Source of the DNA: the human T2T-CHM13v2.0 reference genome, Homo sapiens
Length of the DNA stretch: 64,000 nucleotides
Direction: 5' to 3' (one strand)
NCBI RefSeq assembly: GCF_009914755.1
Contig: NC_060925.1
This document shows, one piece after another, positions 20,341 through 35,849 of this stretch. Position 1 is the first letter of the stretch; every line of letters begins with the position of its first letter. The notes below the pieces were generated by a model. That model did not search any database. It was not told the DNA's origin and saw nothing but the letters and a program-made list of their open reading frames with translations. Position numbers and translations under genes: made by a program.

Positions 20341-20794
20341 ATTAATCCAAGTGTATAATCACTCAGTATGCACTGGTACAGCCAACCCAGTTGTTAAAGT
20401 ATTGAAATGTTTCCATGTCAGTTGATAGAACCTCTGCCCTAAGCCCGTGAGTAGCCCCCTTACTGGCCATGCAGCCCCTCTTGCAGGAGCCCTCCAAACC
20501 CCTAGCATTGTAAGGGCCTCCAGGACCCTGTTCTGATGGTTAGTGCCTGTACTGCACCAGCTGTTATGTATTTTCACCATATCCTGGCTACAAATATGAG
20601 CTGGGCTCCTGCCTTCAATGAGGGCATAGTCTGGGAGGGACACTGGGCATGACAGGAGAAAGTGATGAGGGCAATGATGAAGGAGTGTGCTGAGTACAGT
20701 GGTGGATGATGGAAAAGCTCAGCTCAGGCAGGTCAGAAAGCCTTCATGGAAGGCAAGAGGCTTGACACTAGCAATAACCTGCCTGGATGGGTGA

Positions 20795-21150
<356 letters not shown>

Positions 21151-21646
21151 GTTTCTTCATTCTTGTTGCCTCCACCTAGTTCAGGTCTTCACAACCCTTT
21201 GCCTAAATTTCCACAAGAGCTTTATGTGTGCTCTTCTATGCACCAACTGTTCTAGAATCTATTCTGTGCTTCCCTTACTGAACAACCTTTAGTAAGGTCC
21301 CTGTGGTCCTATCTCCTCATCAAGGCACCCACAACCCACTATCATGCAGCCTCGGCCTCTGTTTCTAGCCTTTCCCACTTGCTTTTGGGCATGTGCCCAG
21401 CACAACTGCAAAGTAAGATGTTCCCTACACTGGACTCTGTTGCTCCTGCTGCTTGGAACTTGTGGATCCTACCTCAGAGGTTTTCAGCACCCTCTTCAGA
21501 TACAACTTCTTTGGTGAAACTTTCTCCCATCTATGTTCCTTTCTTCTCCCAGCCTCTTCTCCCACCCCAGGGTAGTATGTGGGGTAGTGTGTTCTGAGAA
21601 CTAGCCTACATTGATAGCTTATTATATGCCAGGTGCTGTTCTATGA

Positions 21647-22037
<391 letters not shown>

Positions 22038-22791
22038 TAATAAAAAAGACGGCAGCACAGAGAAGTGAAGTAATTTTCCAGAGGCCATGCAGCAAGTGAA
22101 AGGTGAAGCTGGGATTCCAACCTAGGAAGCCAGCCTCCTCAGCCTGTGCTCTTAGCCATTGCTTTATAGTGACTAATAACTTGCAAAGAAAAAGAGAAGA
22201 GAAAAATTCTTGTGTCATTACTCAATATATGCTATTTGGTTTTGTAATTATTCGTGTCATTATTTTATATCTTCCTCTACGTGGGCTGAAAATTCCTAGA
22301 GGGGAGGAACTCTGGGTCTCAGAGCCTGCTGTCTCAGTTACCATCAGTTGTGGGCACAGGTAATGCTATTGAGCCATCACATCCTCTGGAGATTGTGAAT
22401 TGGTCATGATCAAGCCCACTCTTCACTGGTATTTTTCCTAAATAAATTCATTGCTTGACCAACCCCGGGGCAGGATCAGGCCCAGGGTTCCACATGGACT
22501 CCAAGAAAGCAGTGCTTAGTTTTCTCATTCAGATTGTGGCTGAGAAGTTGTCATTTATCGTCTGTACAATAACGCAGATGTGTATGTGACTTCCCCCTTT
22601 TCAGCAGTGGAGACACTGAAGCGGCCTGAGGTTATTTACCCAGAGTCCTCAGGCAGGTCTGTGGTGGAGCTTCGGTGGAACTAACTGGAAGTGACTCCAT
22701 GTTTCCAGTCCAGGACCCTGGGCAACCCCGTGGTAATTGTGTCCTGATATACTTATAAGGACCAGTAGATGGACTAAGTTGTTGACTGACC

Positions 22792-22806
22792 AGAAAATTC
22801 TGGAAC
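22792..22806. promoter_or_regulatory. Perfect 3-unit heat shock element (HSF1)
   Basis: aGAAaaTTCtgGAAc = nGAAn nTTCn nGAAn, ~950 bp upstream of the TSS; IER5 is known to be heat/HSF1 inducible. Confidence 0.65.
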
Positions 22807-23645
22807 TCCCTAGCACTATATTTTTACCTTGACACGAAATGAAATTATGACATCATCATGGGAACACAGGACTTCTTTCTTTTTATTTTCAGAACTTGCT
22901 CGATTTTTCCAAGGGTGGACTGGTCAGTCCTTGTAATGGAAAAATGGAAATGGAAAAAAAAAAGGAAAAAAAAATCATTGTGGAGAACCTGTAACATCTT
23001 CCATTTAACTTATTTGATAACTGGGTTTGTTCTAGAATCTAGAGAACAAAGTGAAAGATGCCAGCTTTAGAGGACAACCAATAACTTTGTATCTAGACAC
23101 GATTCCTTGATAAGAAGCCAAAAACCTAGGCAAAAACTTTTAGAATCCCCCTTTTCTTTGGGGTTAGAACTGACAGCTGCTAAGAGTGTATGTGACTCTA
23201 GCGGGGAAAGCGGCTCATCCAAAAATAATGATTGCCAAATACTTTGCAGTAATACTATTTGTTATCCAGGGGTGTCCTCCGCCGCGTATGGCCACCATCT
23301 CTATTTTTGCCAGGGTTGAGGGGGGTCGCTTACAGGTGTGGCCGGCCTGGAAACGGTGGTGTGGCTGGTGAGGGCGGAGTCGATCAGGGAAGGATCAGGA
23401 CTTTATGGCAGAACAGAGTCCACCACCGTGTTCGGAAGAAAGTTCGAATATTTTGTTCGCTTTGGTTCCGGCAAGCCATCGCACAAGCCAGAATCTGTAA
23501 CTCCAAACAGTAGCGCTCTCGAGCACCGTCCCGAACATTCACTCCCCACGGGCCTGGTCTGCGGCCGCAAGCCGTCGCCCCCTTTAAGAGCCTGCTCCGC
23601 GGGACTAACGTTCGAACGGGCCCTGGCGCCCCTCCTCGGGCTCCG

Positions 23646-23714
23646 ATTGGCCGTGCGCGGCGCACGAGGGCGCGCCGGCCAGCCCCGGAACGGTTGGCGG
23701 CCCTTCGTGATTGG
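23646..23714 (-). promoter_or_regulatory. IER5: Two inverted CCAAT boxes (NF-Y) at 23646-23650 and 23710-23714
   Basis: GATTGGC twice, immediately upstream of the TATA box. A GC box GGGCGG also lies at 23372-23377. Confidence 0.7.
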
Positions 23715-23727
23715 CGGTCGAGAAGCC

Positions 23728-23735
23728 TATATAAG
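23728..23735 (+). promoter_or_regulatory. IER5: IER5 TATA box (TATATAAG); predicted TSS ~23757-23760
   Basis: Matches TATAWAWR, ~230 bp upstream of the ATG, with no ATG in between. Confidence 0.85.
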
Positions 23736-23856
23736 GCGCGGGGCAGCCAGGCTGCCCTGTTTAGCGACCGGACCCGAAACGGGGAAGTTGTCTTGTGTGG
23801 AGAGGTTAGTAGAGCAGCGCGCGCGTCACCAGAGTCGTTTCTCTTCGGAGTCTTAG

Positions 23857-24945
<1,089 letters not shown>

Positions 24946-25878
24946 GCCCTTGGCCCCCCTGCGGGGAGGAGGTGGAGCAGCGGGCGTCCCCGAAGTGAGG
25001 GCCAGGCCCTTCCCGGCTGCGAGGACGCCCAGAGACCGCGGGCGCTGAGCGCGTTGGGCAGACTGGTTGCCTCTGGGCATCGCAAACTGCCCCCGGGCGC
25101 ATCTGGCTTATCTGGAGACCTGGGAGCTTGAGGCTCATTGGAAGAGGACGATCGTTAACTTTTGTGTTTGTGTATGTCTGTGTATGTAAGTTTGTCTTGT
25201 GGCATTAAGACTATTTTGCTCTTCTGGAATGCACCACTCCTTCCCCAGGGTTTAAGAGATTGGGGGCAGACAGGGACTTTCCTCTGCCGGCTGCGTGGAG
25301 AAGGAAGCGGCTAAAAGGTTTGGGCCGGGGAGTTCCCCATTCGTTCTCCGGGGAGGGAGGGACTTTACACCTACCCCTCACCGGAAAGCTAGACCCGCTT
25401 CAGGGCCAGGAGTGGCGTTTCCGCACAGGATTTCCTAAGACGAGAGGGATTTAGCCAAGAGCACAGACTTGGATTCCTTCTGTCCCTCCCCACCTTTCTC
25501 TCCCAATGAAGAAACGTTTATATCCTGTGATTACTCTAGGAAAGGGGCGTATTAACGGTCCTTTGCTTCCCCGCAGGGGAGAAAAAGCTTGACGAACTTC
25601 ACAGAAGAGTTCAAGCTTGGAAATAATGGAGTTTATAGAGAAAAGATATATTTTTAAAAGCTCTAGGTCAGAAGTACTACACAGTGCTTTTAAAAAGTGT
25701 TTAATGAGAGTTTACAGACAGAAGCCCGAAGTGGAAAGACCTTATGGTTTTGTAGATATGGTGACTCCAGTCTTTGTTGTATAAAGGTTGGGGGAGCTGA
25801 TAAGGTTTTTGTACAATATTTTCTCCTTCGTTGTATTGATTTTTGTATAAAAATGTAACTTCTACGTGTCTAACACGT

Positions 25879-25884
25879 ATTAAA
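25879..25884 (+). terminator. IER5: IER5 proximal polyadenylation signal ATTAAA (cleavage ~25897-25905)
   Basis: ATTAAA preceded by six TGTA (CFIm) motifs in 25751-25857 and followed by a GT/T-rich tract (tgcttgtctgt). Confidence 0.75.
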
Positions 25885-27449
25885 TATTTTGAAGCAACGT
25901 AACTGCCTGCTTGTCTGTAATAACCTGCCTGGGTTGGGAGGGAAGTGGGAGGAGGGAAACCAGGGCCTGAGCTAGAAAATTGAAGGTGTGGTTCTTAGTA
26001 TCAGTCATTCGCAGACTGAGGACATTGTTTACTGACTCCACTAAGTATCAAGAGAGACACGTTTAATTTTTCCTCCTAGATCAGAGGACTGCTATTAGAT
26101 ACTAATATCGGCGACCTGTCAGGTTCTAGAAACCTGCCACTACAACTGCCTTTTCTAAGGTCAGTTTAGACCAATTTGTCACCCAATATGTGGGTGTCTA
26201 ATACTAAGTAATTTAACCAACTTTTGAAGCCCCGCTTATCCACAAAAATGTTTTTCAGCAAAACTTTGTTTCCTGTTAAGCTATTAATACGGGTCATCTT
26301 TTAGCTTTGTAATTGAAAAAAAAAAAGTTTAGATAGTAGTTTACCTTAAAAGCCCATTCGAACTGACATAGGAAGATGAAAGAGACTGACTTGTCCAAAT
26401 TGTCAGGTCCACCTCTGCATCACAGTGGATGTCAGGATGTAAATTTTCAGTTTTTCTCTTACATCTAGAAAGTAAATATATTGCTGAGAGGGAAATTGTT
26501 TGCATCAAACCAGATAAGGAAGGAGGGCTAGGCAAATTTAATTCTCATTTAGCAAAACTTCCTGATTTGTTTTGTTACTTAAATGGTGACATCAGTGTTT
26601 GGTCATGGTAGACACTTAGGTGATGATAGCCAAAACATCCATCGATTTTACTAAAATCACTGCCATTAAGAGAGTTTTTTGTCTCTTCATGTTCAATGTT
26701 TGAAAGGTATTCAATAATCTATTTCAGAAGCAAATCAATTAGGGAATGGTGTTTATTAAAATACGGTACAGTTGCCAGGACTTTAAAAGATGGTACTGGT
26801 TTCTAACAACTTACGAGTATATAGGGTATTTAAAAGATGGGAGAGATTGAAGAAAGACAAAGGTTTAAAGGTCATAGCCTTCGAGCATAAGAGGCATATG
26901 AATGGTGTCTTGGCCTTAACTCCCAATTATACGAACTTCTGTTTTAGCTGAATAGGCCAGTGCCTCGTGCCTTGATATTTCGGCAAATCTATTAGTGGTT
27001 CCTTAAGCATAGGGAACTTTGTACTTTATGCTCTGTCGCCATAATAATGTATTTATAGAATTAAACATTCTCAAATTAGGGTCTTGTTAAACTGACTTTT
27101 TCTTTCAGAAAGTAGCTACTTAAATTCTGTTACAGCTACAAAAGATCCATCAAGTGCTGACTGCTTAAACTGAAGAAGGTGTCCAGGGCCTTAATTCTGC
27201 AAACATTTCCTGTTGTTAGAAAGTATGATGCTTGAACAGCGATCTCAGTGTATTTTATGTTTTAAAGGGGGTAACGTTTGGTGTGTTTAAGAGAGCTGAT
27301 GTGTTTTGGATGAGACTAAAGTTGATCCTTGGTTTTACATTAAGATGAACCTGGGTCCATGTGTCTGCTTAAAGAATGTAAATTGGCATACTTGATAGGA
27401 GGATAAAGCTTTGTAGGAATTAGAAAAGATCATTCTCTTTTTTGTTGCA

Positions 27450-27860
27450 GAAGCAGTATAGTATAGTAGTTAGAGCATGGGCCCTGGAGCCAGGCTGCTT
27501 GGTGTCTTCCTTTATTTATTTATTTATTTAATTATAAAAAGTAAATATAAAGTGAGCTATGTTGACCAGGTTCGTCTTGAACTCCTGGCCTCAAGCAATC
27601 CTCCTGCCTCAGCCTCCCAAAGTGCTGGGATTACAGGCATGAGCCACCACAACCTGGCCTGCTTGGGTTTTTCTATCTTGGCTCTGCCACCTAGCTGTGG
27701 GTCCTTGGACAAGTTACTTCATCTCTCTGTGCCTCAGGTTTTTCAAATGTAAAATTGGGATAATTGGATCTGTCTCATAGGGTTGTGAAAATTAATGAGT
27801 TAATGCTCTTAGAAGAGTACCTCATATGTAATAAGCACGCAACTGTTAATTATTGTTAAT
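27450..27860. mobile_element. MIR with a nested FLAM/Alu monomer (27510-27659)
   Basis: ctctctgtgcctcaggttttt..tgtaaaattgggataat; Alu left-arm fragment. Confidence 0.7.
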
Positions 27861-28353
27861 GTAGAAGTTAATTCTGTGTATAAATCAGATACACTGTGGT
27901 CAAAGATTTGTGTGTATTTGTAAGAAAAGAGGAGAATGGAGAATCTATTTTTAAGTGGTCCTATGTGTGAATGCTGGGTTCTTTTATTCCTCTTTTTCTC
28001 TGGACACTTGGCAGTCAGGAAGCTTTGTTCTACCAACATAGTTTTGTTGCTGTGAATGTCTCACACCAACCGGATGATTTTTCCAATTGTATCAAACAAC
28101 TCTATTTTCAGGGAGGAGTAAGCTGAAGTGAAAACAGGCAAGGAGCAAAGTTCTTGTTGACATACAAATGCTTTCTGTGGATGAGTAAAGAAAAAAGTAG
28201 CCCATAAAGTTATTTTTGCTTGAATTATTGCGCATGGAATGTTTAAAACATGCTTATTGATAGGTTCTGGACAAGAGCCTTCCCAATGCCAACCTAGGGC
28301 TATCACACAACCAAATCAGATGCAGTGTGACTAGAAACGATGCCATGGTTTTA

Positions 28354-29027
<674 letters not shown>

Positions 29028-30333
29028 TAACCCTGTCTTCCCTTTTAGAAACCATCATTTGTTCTTGGCGATGGGAACTAATGATGGAAAGCCTGAATTG
29101 CTCCTCCAAGGTGACTGGGTTTTCTTTATGGCACCAAATAACCTTTCCATTCCTTCTACTCATCACTGATTGGATTTGGGAGTGTGAAGTGAGAGGAAAT
29201 GGGTCATTTGACAACTTTGGTGGAAAGCTTCTCAGAATAAAGATGTCAGAAATATTGGGAATGAAATTAATAATTATAAAACTGTTCCATCTTATCACTG
29301 GGTTAGTCTGAGTCTCTCTTACTGCAACTTACTAGGCATGATAACCTAGCCTCAGATCCTGTGTGATGGGGTCGACAGGCTAATCCCACTGTGATATGGC
29401 ATTTGATGGACATTTATTTCCTTGTACTTTTTAAAAAAAAAGTAGAGTTAGTTCAGTTCACTGAATAACCAAAGGATTTCTGATCTCTTGCCCTAAATAT
29501 TTTATTCTTCTCCTGTTTGTGAATTTTTTATTCTTCTAGACTTCCTTTTATCCCAGCAGTCCCTGAAAAAAGACAGGAATGAAAAGAAACGCTGATCCAA
29601 CCTTTCCGTGACTATGAAAGAGGCCATTACTATGAGGTGCAGTGCTCCGGTGGGGAGGGAGGCCTGCTTCCCAGGATTCCTGGCACTCTTTCCAGTAATG
29701 AGCAGTTTGTCTCTCAGCCTTTGAACCATTGTTCAAATTTAAAATTCAACCCAGTGGAAAGCCTTGGGAGGAAAAACATAGAAGGAGAGTTGATGTTAGG
29801 AATCACTGTGATCTTAACACATGCCCTTGGAGTTTTTCAGTAATAATTCTTAAGGGTACGATAGGGAACAAATGTGGAAGAGCAGAAAGTGTGAAAGGAT
29901 ACGCACATCTAGCTGAATGCCTCCTTCCTGATTCAAACACAGTTTTTCCCAATGCCTGCTACCACTGCTCCCTCCCGCAGTGGGAATGGGGGTTTTAAAA
30001 TAAAATCTCTCTCTAGCAATTGCTGTCTCCCAGAGGAATACAGCCCAAAGCTCTTTGCTGGACTACAGCCTGGGGTTTATCTCAGACCTCTGGAATCCTT
30101 CAGGCAGGGAAGGAGAAACCTCCAGGGACTGCATTCCTGAAAGGGCCCCTCCTCTTTCCTCTCCAGACCAGCAGCAGCCTCTATCACCGGATGCTGCCCA
30201 CTTATGGGCAGGTGAAATAGAGTATTGGCTATCAGCTTTTGGAAGCTGCAGGAAGAAGGGCTGGTACCCAGCACTGCTACTGAGCATCTCTAGCAGGTGA
30301 TTCTTTTAGGGGACTGGCATAGAGCTGGCCTGG

Positions 30334-30651
30334 TGTATTATATTAGTCCGTTTTCACACCACTATAAAGAAATACCCAAGACTGGGTAACTGACAAAAGA
30401 GATTTAATTGGCTCACAGTTCGCATGTCTGGGGAAGCCTCAGGAAACTTACAATCATGGTGGAAGGGGAAGCGGGCACGTCTTACATGGCAGCAGGTGAG
30501 GGCACGTGTAAGCGCGGGAAAAACTACCATTTATAAAACTATCATGGGAACAGCATGGGGGAACCACCCCATAATCCAATTACTTCTCTCCCCTGACACT
30601 GGGGATTACAACTTGAGATTTGGGTGGGGACATAGAGGCAAACCGTTATCA
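30334..30651 (-). mobile_element. MST/THE1-type MaLR solo LTR
   Basis: tattagtccgttttcacac..ctataaagaaatacccaagactgggtaa ... gagatttgggtggggaca...aaaccgttatca. Confidence 0.8.
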
Positions 30652-31681
30652 TCTGGGATATTTGCAGTAAATCTACTTTTTATGTAATAAAGTTTTCTGG
30701 GACCTGGTCACAAGAAGCCTCTAGGCCTGTGTGGTAAGCCATATCCCTAACTTACAGGATGGTGAGACAGCTGCCCCTTTTCCATCCATTTAGCACCAAG
30801 GCAGTCCTGGTCCCAGCCCTCTGCTTTTTCCCTATGAATGGGGCCTCTGCAAGGTTGCCCCAGCCCAATCGTTCTATCAGATGCCAAGACAAGGCTCCTT
30901 TCAGTTTTTCTAGAATTCAGGGATGTGCGGAAAGCCATGTGTTCCCACCTGCTTGTTCTTCAACCCATTCCACCTCTCAAGTCGGGGCAGAGCAGCTGTT
31001 GGAAACTTGCATGCTGTGAGGTAAAAGAAAAACCATTTTGTTCCCTCTGTGCAAACACTGATGTTGTCTCTGAAGTGTAGGATTTCCTTTGGTACTCTCT
31101 ACACTTGATCCTCTTCCAGAATCCAAGATACCATCCATGAGTTTTTCTCTATGTTGATCCACATCTGGTTCGTTCTTTCTAGCCAGTCACAGGATCTGCC
31201 TGTCTTCTGTGGCACAGATACTTCCTTCAGCGCTGTAGCTGTTTTGTCTTTCCATTTCTGTCTGTCTGGGTCTTTCTCTGTCTCCCCTCCCTCCACCCTC
31301 TCTTGAGGACTCTCATGTTCATTATTTTCCTCGGGAAGAATCTGACTGCTAAGGAGAGAACTGTGAGTGGGAATGCTACAGCCTGCTAAGAAGGAGCAGA
31401 GATTTGGATTTCCTGACCACGAGACTTGCAAAGAATCTCCAGAGACTCTGGGCCCTGGAGATCAAGCCACAGCTGTGTTAGCTGGAAATCATCCTCTCAC
31501 TGTGTCTCACCAGACCGCCAATTCCATCATAATAGCAGGGGGTGGGTAGGGGAGTATACATCCTAGAAACAGGAGCAGCAGCTGAAACCCAACTTGGCTT
31601 GTGGCCAGATGCAGGAAAGGAGAGGCAAAGCCAGGGGAGCCCGAACGTGGGCTACAAGGCATTTCCGCTCCCCACCCCAAC

Positions 31682-31712
<31 letters not shown>

Positions 31713-33019
31713 GAACTGCGTGTGCTGCTTTCTAGAACAGATAATGAATCACAGAGCTGCTCAGATGGAGAAATCCAAAAGTGCCTCTTTGCCTTATCTC
31801 CCCCTTCTAGGCTTTGATTGATTAATAGAGACTTTTTACAGAGTCACTAAAGTGGGAGTGGGGAGTCCTCATAACCCCCTGGGGTCGTGCAGCAGAGGTG
31901 ACCAGCGGGAAGTGAGCTACAGGATTGTGAAGTGATGTGGGGAGGTGGAGGAGGAACTGCCACTCAGTCAAGTTCTGCTCAAGAAGGTCTGCTATGGGCC
32001 GAGTGAATTTAGGGCAGGAGCACCCCACCCACTTTTTTCTCCTTGGCTTTTCTTAAACTGCATCACAACCTCCTGTTTTCTTCAGACAATTTCCAAGTTT
32101 TATTTTTGGTTTGGAAAAGGGTGAAAGTGCCTTGGCATCTGCATTTATCAGCTAGCACTCTGTGTGACCTACTTAAGAGACTGTGTAGTGACTTTTCTTT
32201 TTAGGGCCATGGGAGAAATCCCTAAAAGCAAAGATTCAGTGTCAGAAACTGAAGTTGAGGTATATGGGATGCTCTGCTTGGGTGATTATGTTCTACAGCT
32301 CCTGCCGGTTTCTCCCCGCACCCCCCTGCCTCTTCAGAATGCATTTTGAAAGGCGCTCCTAGCCTGCACTGCAGAGAGCAGCTGTAAAGATGCGGTGTGG
32401 GGGCGATTCTGGTGCGTGGGCTGGCCCAGCTGTCTGCTTCCCAACCTTTCAGTCACCTCAGCATCAGGCATCTGGCTGCCTAACATGGAGCTGGCAGCTT
32501 GCTAAGGCTCCTGAATGCCCTCAGGAGATGAAGCGGGGAGTCTCTTACTTTACCAGGCAGAAAAGACTAAATGAGGTCCAGAGAGTGAGCAGCAGGTCAT
32601 CATGAATGGTCAAGTGAGGACCCAAGCAGAGGCAGTGTTAGAATCAGCCCTGGACTGATTCCTTGAGACCTCTCTGGGCAAAGGGCTGTGGTCTTGACTC
32701 TGAACATGTGACTCACGATTTGAAAAGTCATTCATCTTTGTTGGTTTCTATTTACAGTTTTAAAATAAAGTATCCACTTGCCTCACAATTGTGATTAGAA
32801 GATAAATTAGTGTTTGTAAAGCAAAGCTAAAAGATATAAACAACTCACTCCTGGATCCCATCAATTAAGCATTGACAGGAACACCCAGAAGAAACTCATG
32901 AATAGGGAATACAAAGATGCAGACAACAGGACCCTGGCCCTCACGACCATTACATTCCAGTTAAGACGCAAAACAACATAGAACCCCCCCAAAACTTGAT
33001 AGTATGTTAAGTGTCGGCT

Positions 33020-33177
33020 AGTCGCTTGCTTCTTAAAGTATGGTCCAGGGACCATGGGTATCATCTGGGAGCTTATGAAAAATGGAGAGTATCTCAGGCC
33101 CCACTTCAGACCTACTGAATCTACAGTTTAACAAGATCCCCAGGTGATCAATATGCACATTAAAGTTTAAAGAGCAG
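33020..33177. mobile_element. MER5-type relic
   Basis: ctcaggccccac..cagacctactgaatc..aacaagatccccaggtgat. Confidence 0.65.
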
Positions 33178-33579
33178 ATATTTCCACTGATCTCAGAATC
33201 AAGCATGAATTTCTCAGCTTTAGGTCACTCAAGGTCCAGCTGTGTCTTGTTATTTCTTCTCTCACATGCTGCCTCCAGCCATACGAACTATCTGCAGTTT
33301 AGGTAACTTATTTGCAGGCTTCTGGGCCTCTTCACGTGCTGCTTCCTAGAGAGGCATGGTCAAGTTTACAGCTTAACTGTGAGAATAAAGAAACTACAGG
33401 GAAGGAAAAAGAGCAGAAAGCTAAGACCTAGTGATGAGGAAGCCTAGACGTAGGGGCTAGAATAGGAAGAGGGCTCTGTTAAAAGGAACAGTTTGCAGAG
33501 AGGTAGGAGTAGAGTCTGGCTGCTGTGAAGGGAGATGGGGCAAAGAAAATGTCCTTGAACTAAGACTGCCATTAGTGAA

Positions 33580-34019
<440 letters not shown>

Positions 34020-35849
34020 TAGTGAATTTTGACAGAGGTTCTGTAGAAGATGGTAGAGAAAACTAGATTATAAGTGAGTGGAAAGATGTGGGGGCCCTGG
34101 CTGTAGCTCCTTCCCCAAGAAATTTGGCATAAAGGCAAAAAAGAACCAGGTGGCAGCTAGAAAGGATCTGGGGTCAATTGAAAGGGCCTGCACATGTCTT
34201 AAGGCAGAACCATTGGGTGCAGAAAACAGCTAGAGTGACGGTGAATGGGATTTGAATACATAAACTCCTAAATATGAGTCTCTTATCAGGAGGAATAAAC
34301 CCTTTCTTTTTCTTCTCCTGTCAAATAAAAGGAGACAAGAGACACTAATAAATCACTCCAGGGACCTTGTTAGTATCAGCAGTCTGCATTCCCCTCCTCA
34401 ATCCCAGCTCACGAAGAACCTTGCAGCTGAAACTCCAGCATACCAGTTGGCAAGGTAACAAACTGCTAAGGGATCCTGGAGAATAAAAGGATCACTCCTG
34501 AAACCCTAGTGCTGCCAGCTACTAATCTAAAGATAGAGATTTCTGATGCTTCATCCCCTTTATAGATTAGGAGTTTAAAACATATTGGAATGCAAACATG
34601 TGCTATGAGGAAAGCAGGATTTGTCATTCTTGCCAGCAGAAAACACACATGCACACACGTGCACACGCGCACTTGTAGTCTGTTCTCATTTGGAAAGCCA
34701 GTTATGAATGAGCATGGTTTCCTGGGTAAAAATTTTCTCTTCCTTCCCTCCCCACCAAGTCTGACCTCATCTGTCATTTTCAGTGTTATGGAGGATTAGT
34801 CTGAGACTGAAAACAGGTTGAGACATGTCCAAAAAAGAGGCTCCGGATACCGAGAGAGGAGGGAGAGAAGCCAAGCAGTTTGAGGTCTCTTAAGGCAACT
34901 GACAAGAAGATCAAGAGAAGAATGTTAAGAGTAAGAGAGGAGAGTGGAGTGGACGGATAGGGAAGGCAAGAGAGACAGATGTCTGTGATGATTTAACGAG
35001 AAACACGAGATTAAAATAAATTCAGAGTCAGAAAACAGGAAGAATGTGAGGAGAAAAAGGTAATGGACTGAGAACTGCAGTGTATTTGATAAAACATAGC
35101 CCCGTTCAGATGGAAAAACAGCATCATCCCCCAGCAAACTCCTCTGGAACGTGGGGGTGGGGGGAATGCAAAAGAATTAATAGCTCCACTTGGTAGTGGG
35201 ATCCTTTCATGCTAAAGGTGTGAAAGTGATTTACAAACCGGCATCATTACTGGACCTTTGTCACAGTTTGCTGAAAAGATAAGGTGAGGCTCTAACTTGT
35301 TAGTCTTTGCATGCCTAGACCACCCAGAGACAAAACTCAACCCAGGGCTCAAAATTCCTCCAGTCTGTTTGCTCTCTGTCCTAATTAGTGAAGCTATTTC
35401 TAAAAACAAACAGATATCTCGTCTCACAGATTCCCTCGCCCCACTGCTATCTGCATTTAGTGCCTTCTCCTGACTTGTCTGATTCTTCCACTCGCATTTC
35501 TTCTCAGGTACCAGGGTTGCAAATCTTGGCCTTACCCCCTACCTCCACCCCCCATCCCCCATACCTCTTACCAACACATCTAAACACTCGTTAAGCTCAC
35601 AGCATTATCTTCACAATGTAGTTCACTTCTATTCCTGCTTTCTAGTTCCCACTGATACCATCTTCGTTCTTCAAACACTTCTTAGTCTGTTCTCCATTTC
35701 GCGTCAAAGCCCCCCTCACCCCCACCCCAGCCCTACCTTATAACTAATGGATTACTCATCTGACAGTACAGTTTTGGTGATGTTATCAGTCTCTGACTCA
35801 AAAGCCTCTAATAACTTCCCATATTCTCTATGAACTCCTCTGCCTGCCA

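Noticed and set aside
25186-25248. Shorter 3'UTR intron using the acceptor at 25248
   Set aside because: Only 63 nt, at or below the practical minimum human intron size.
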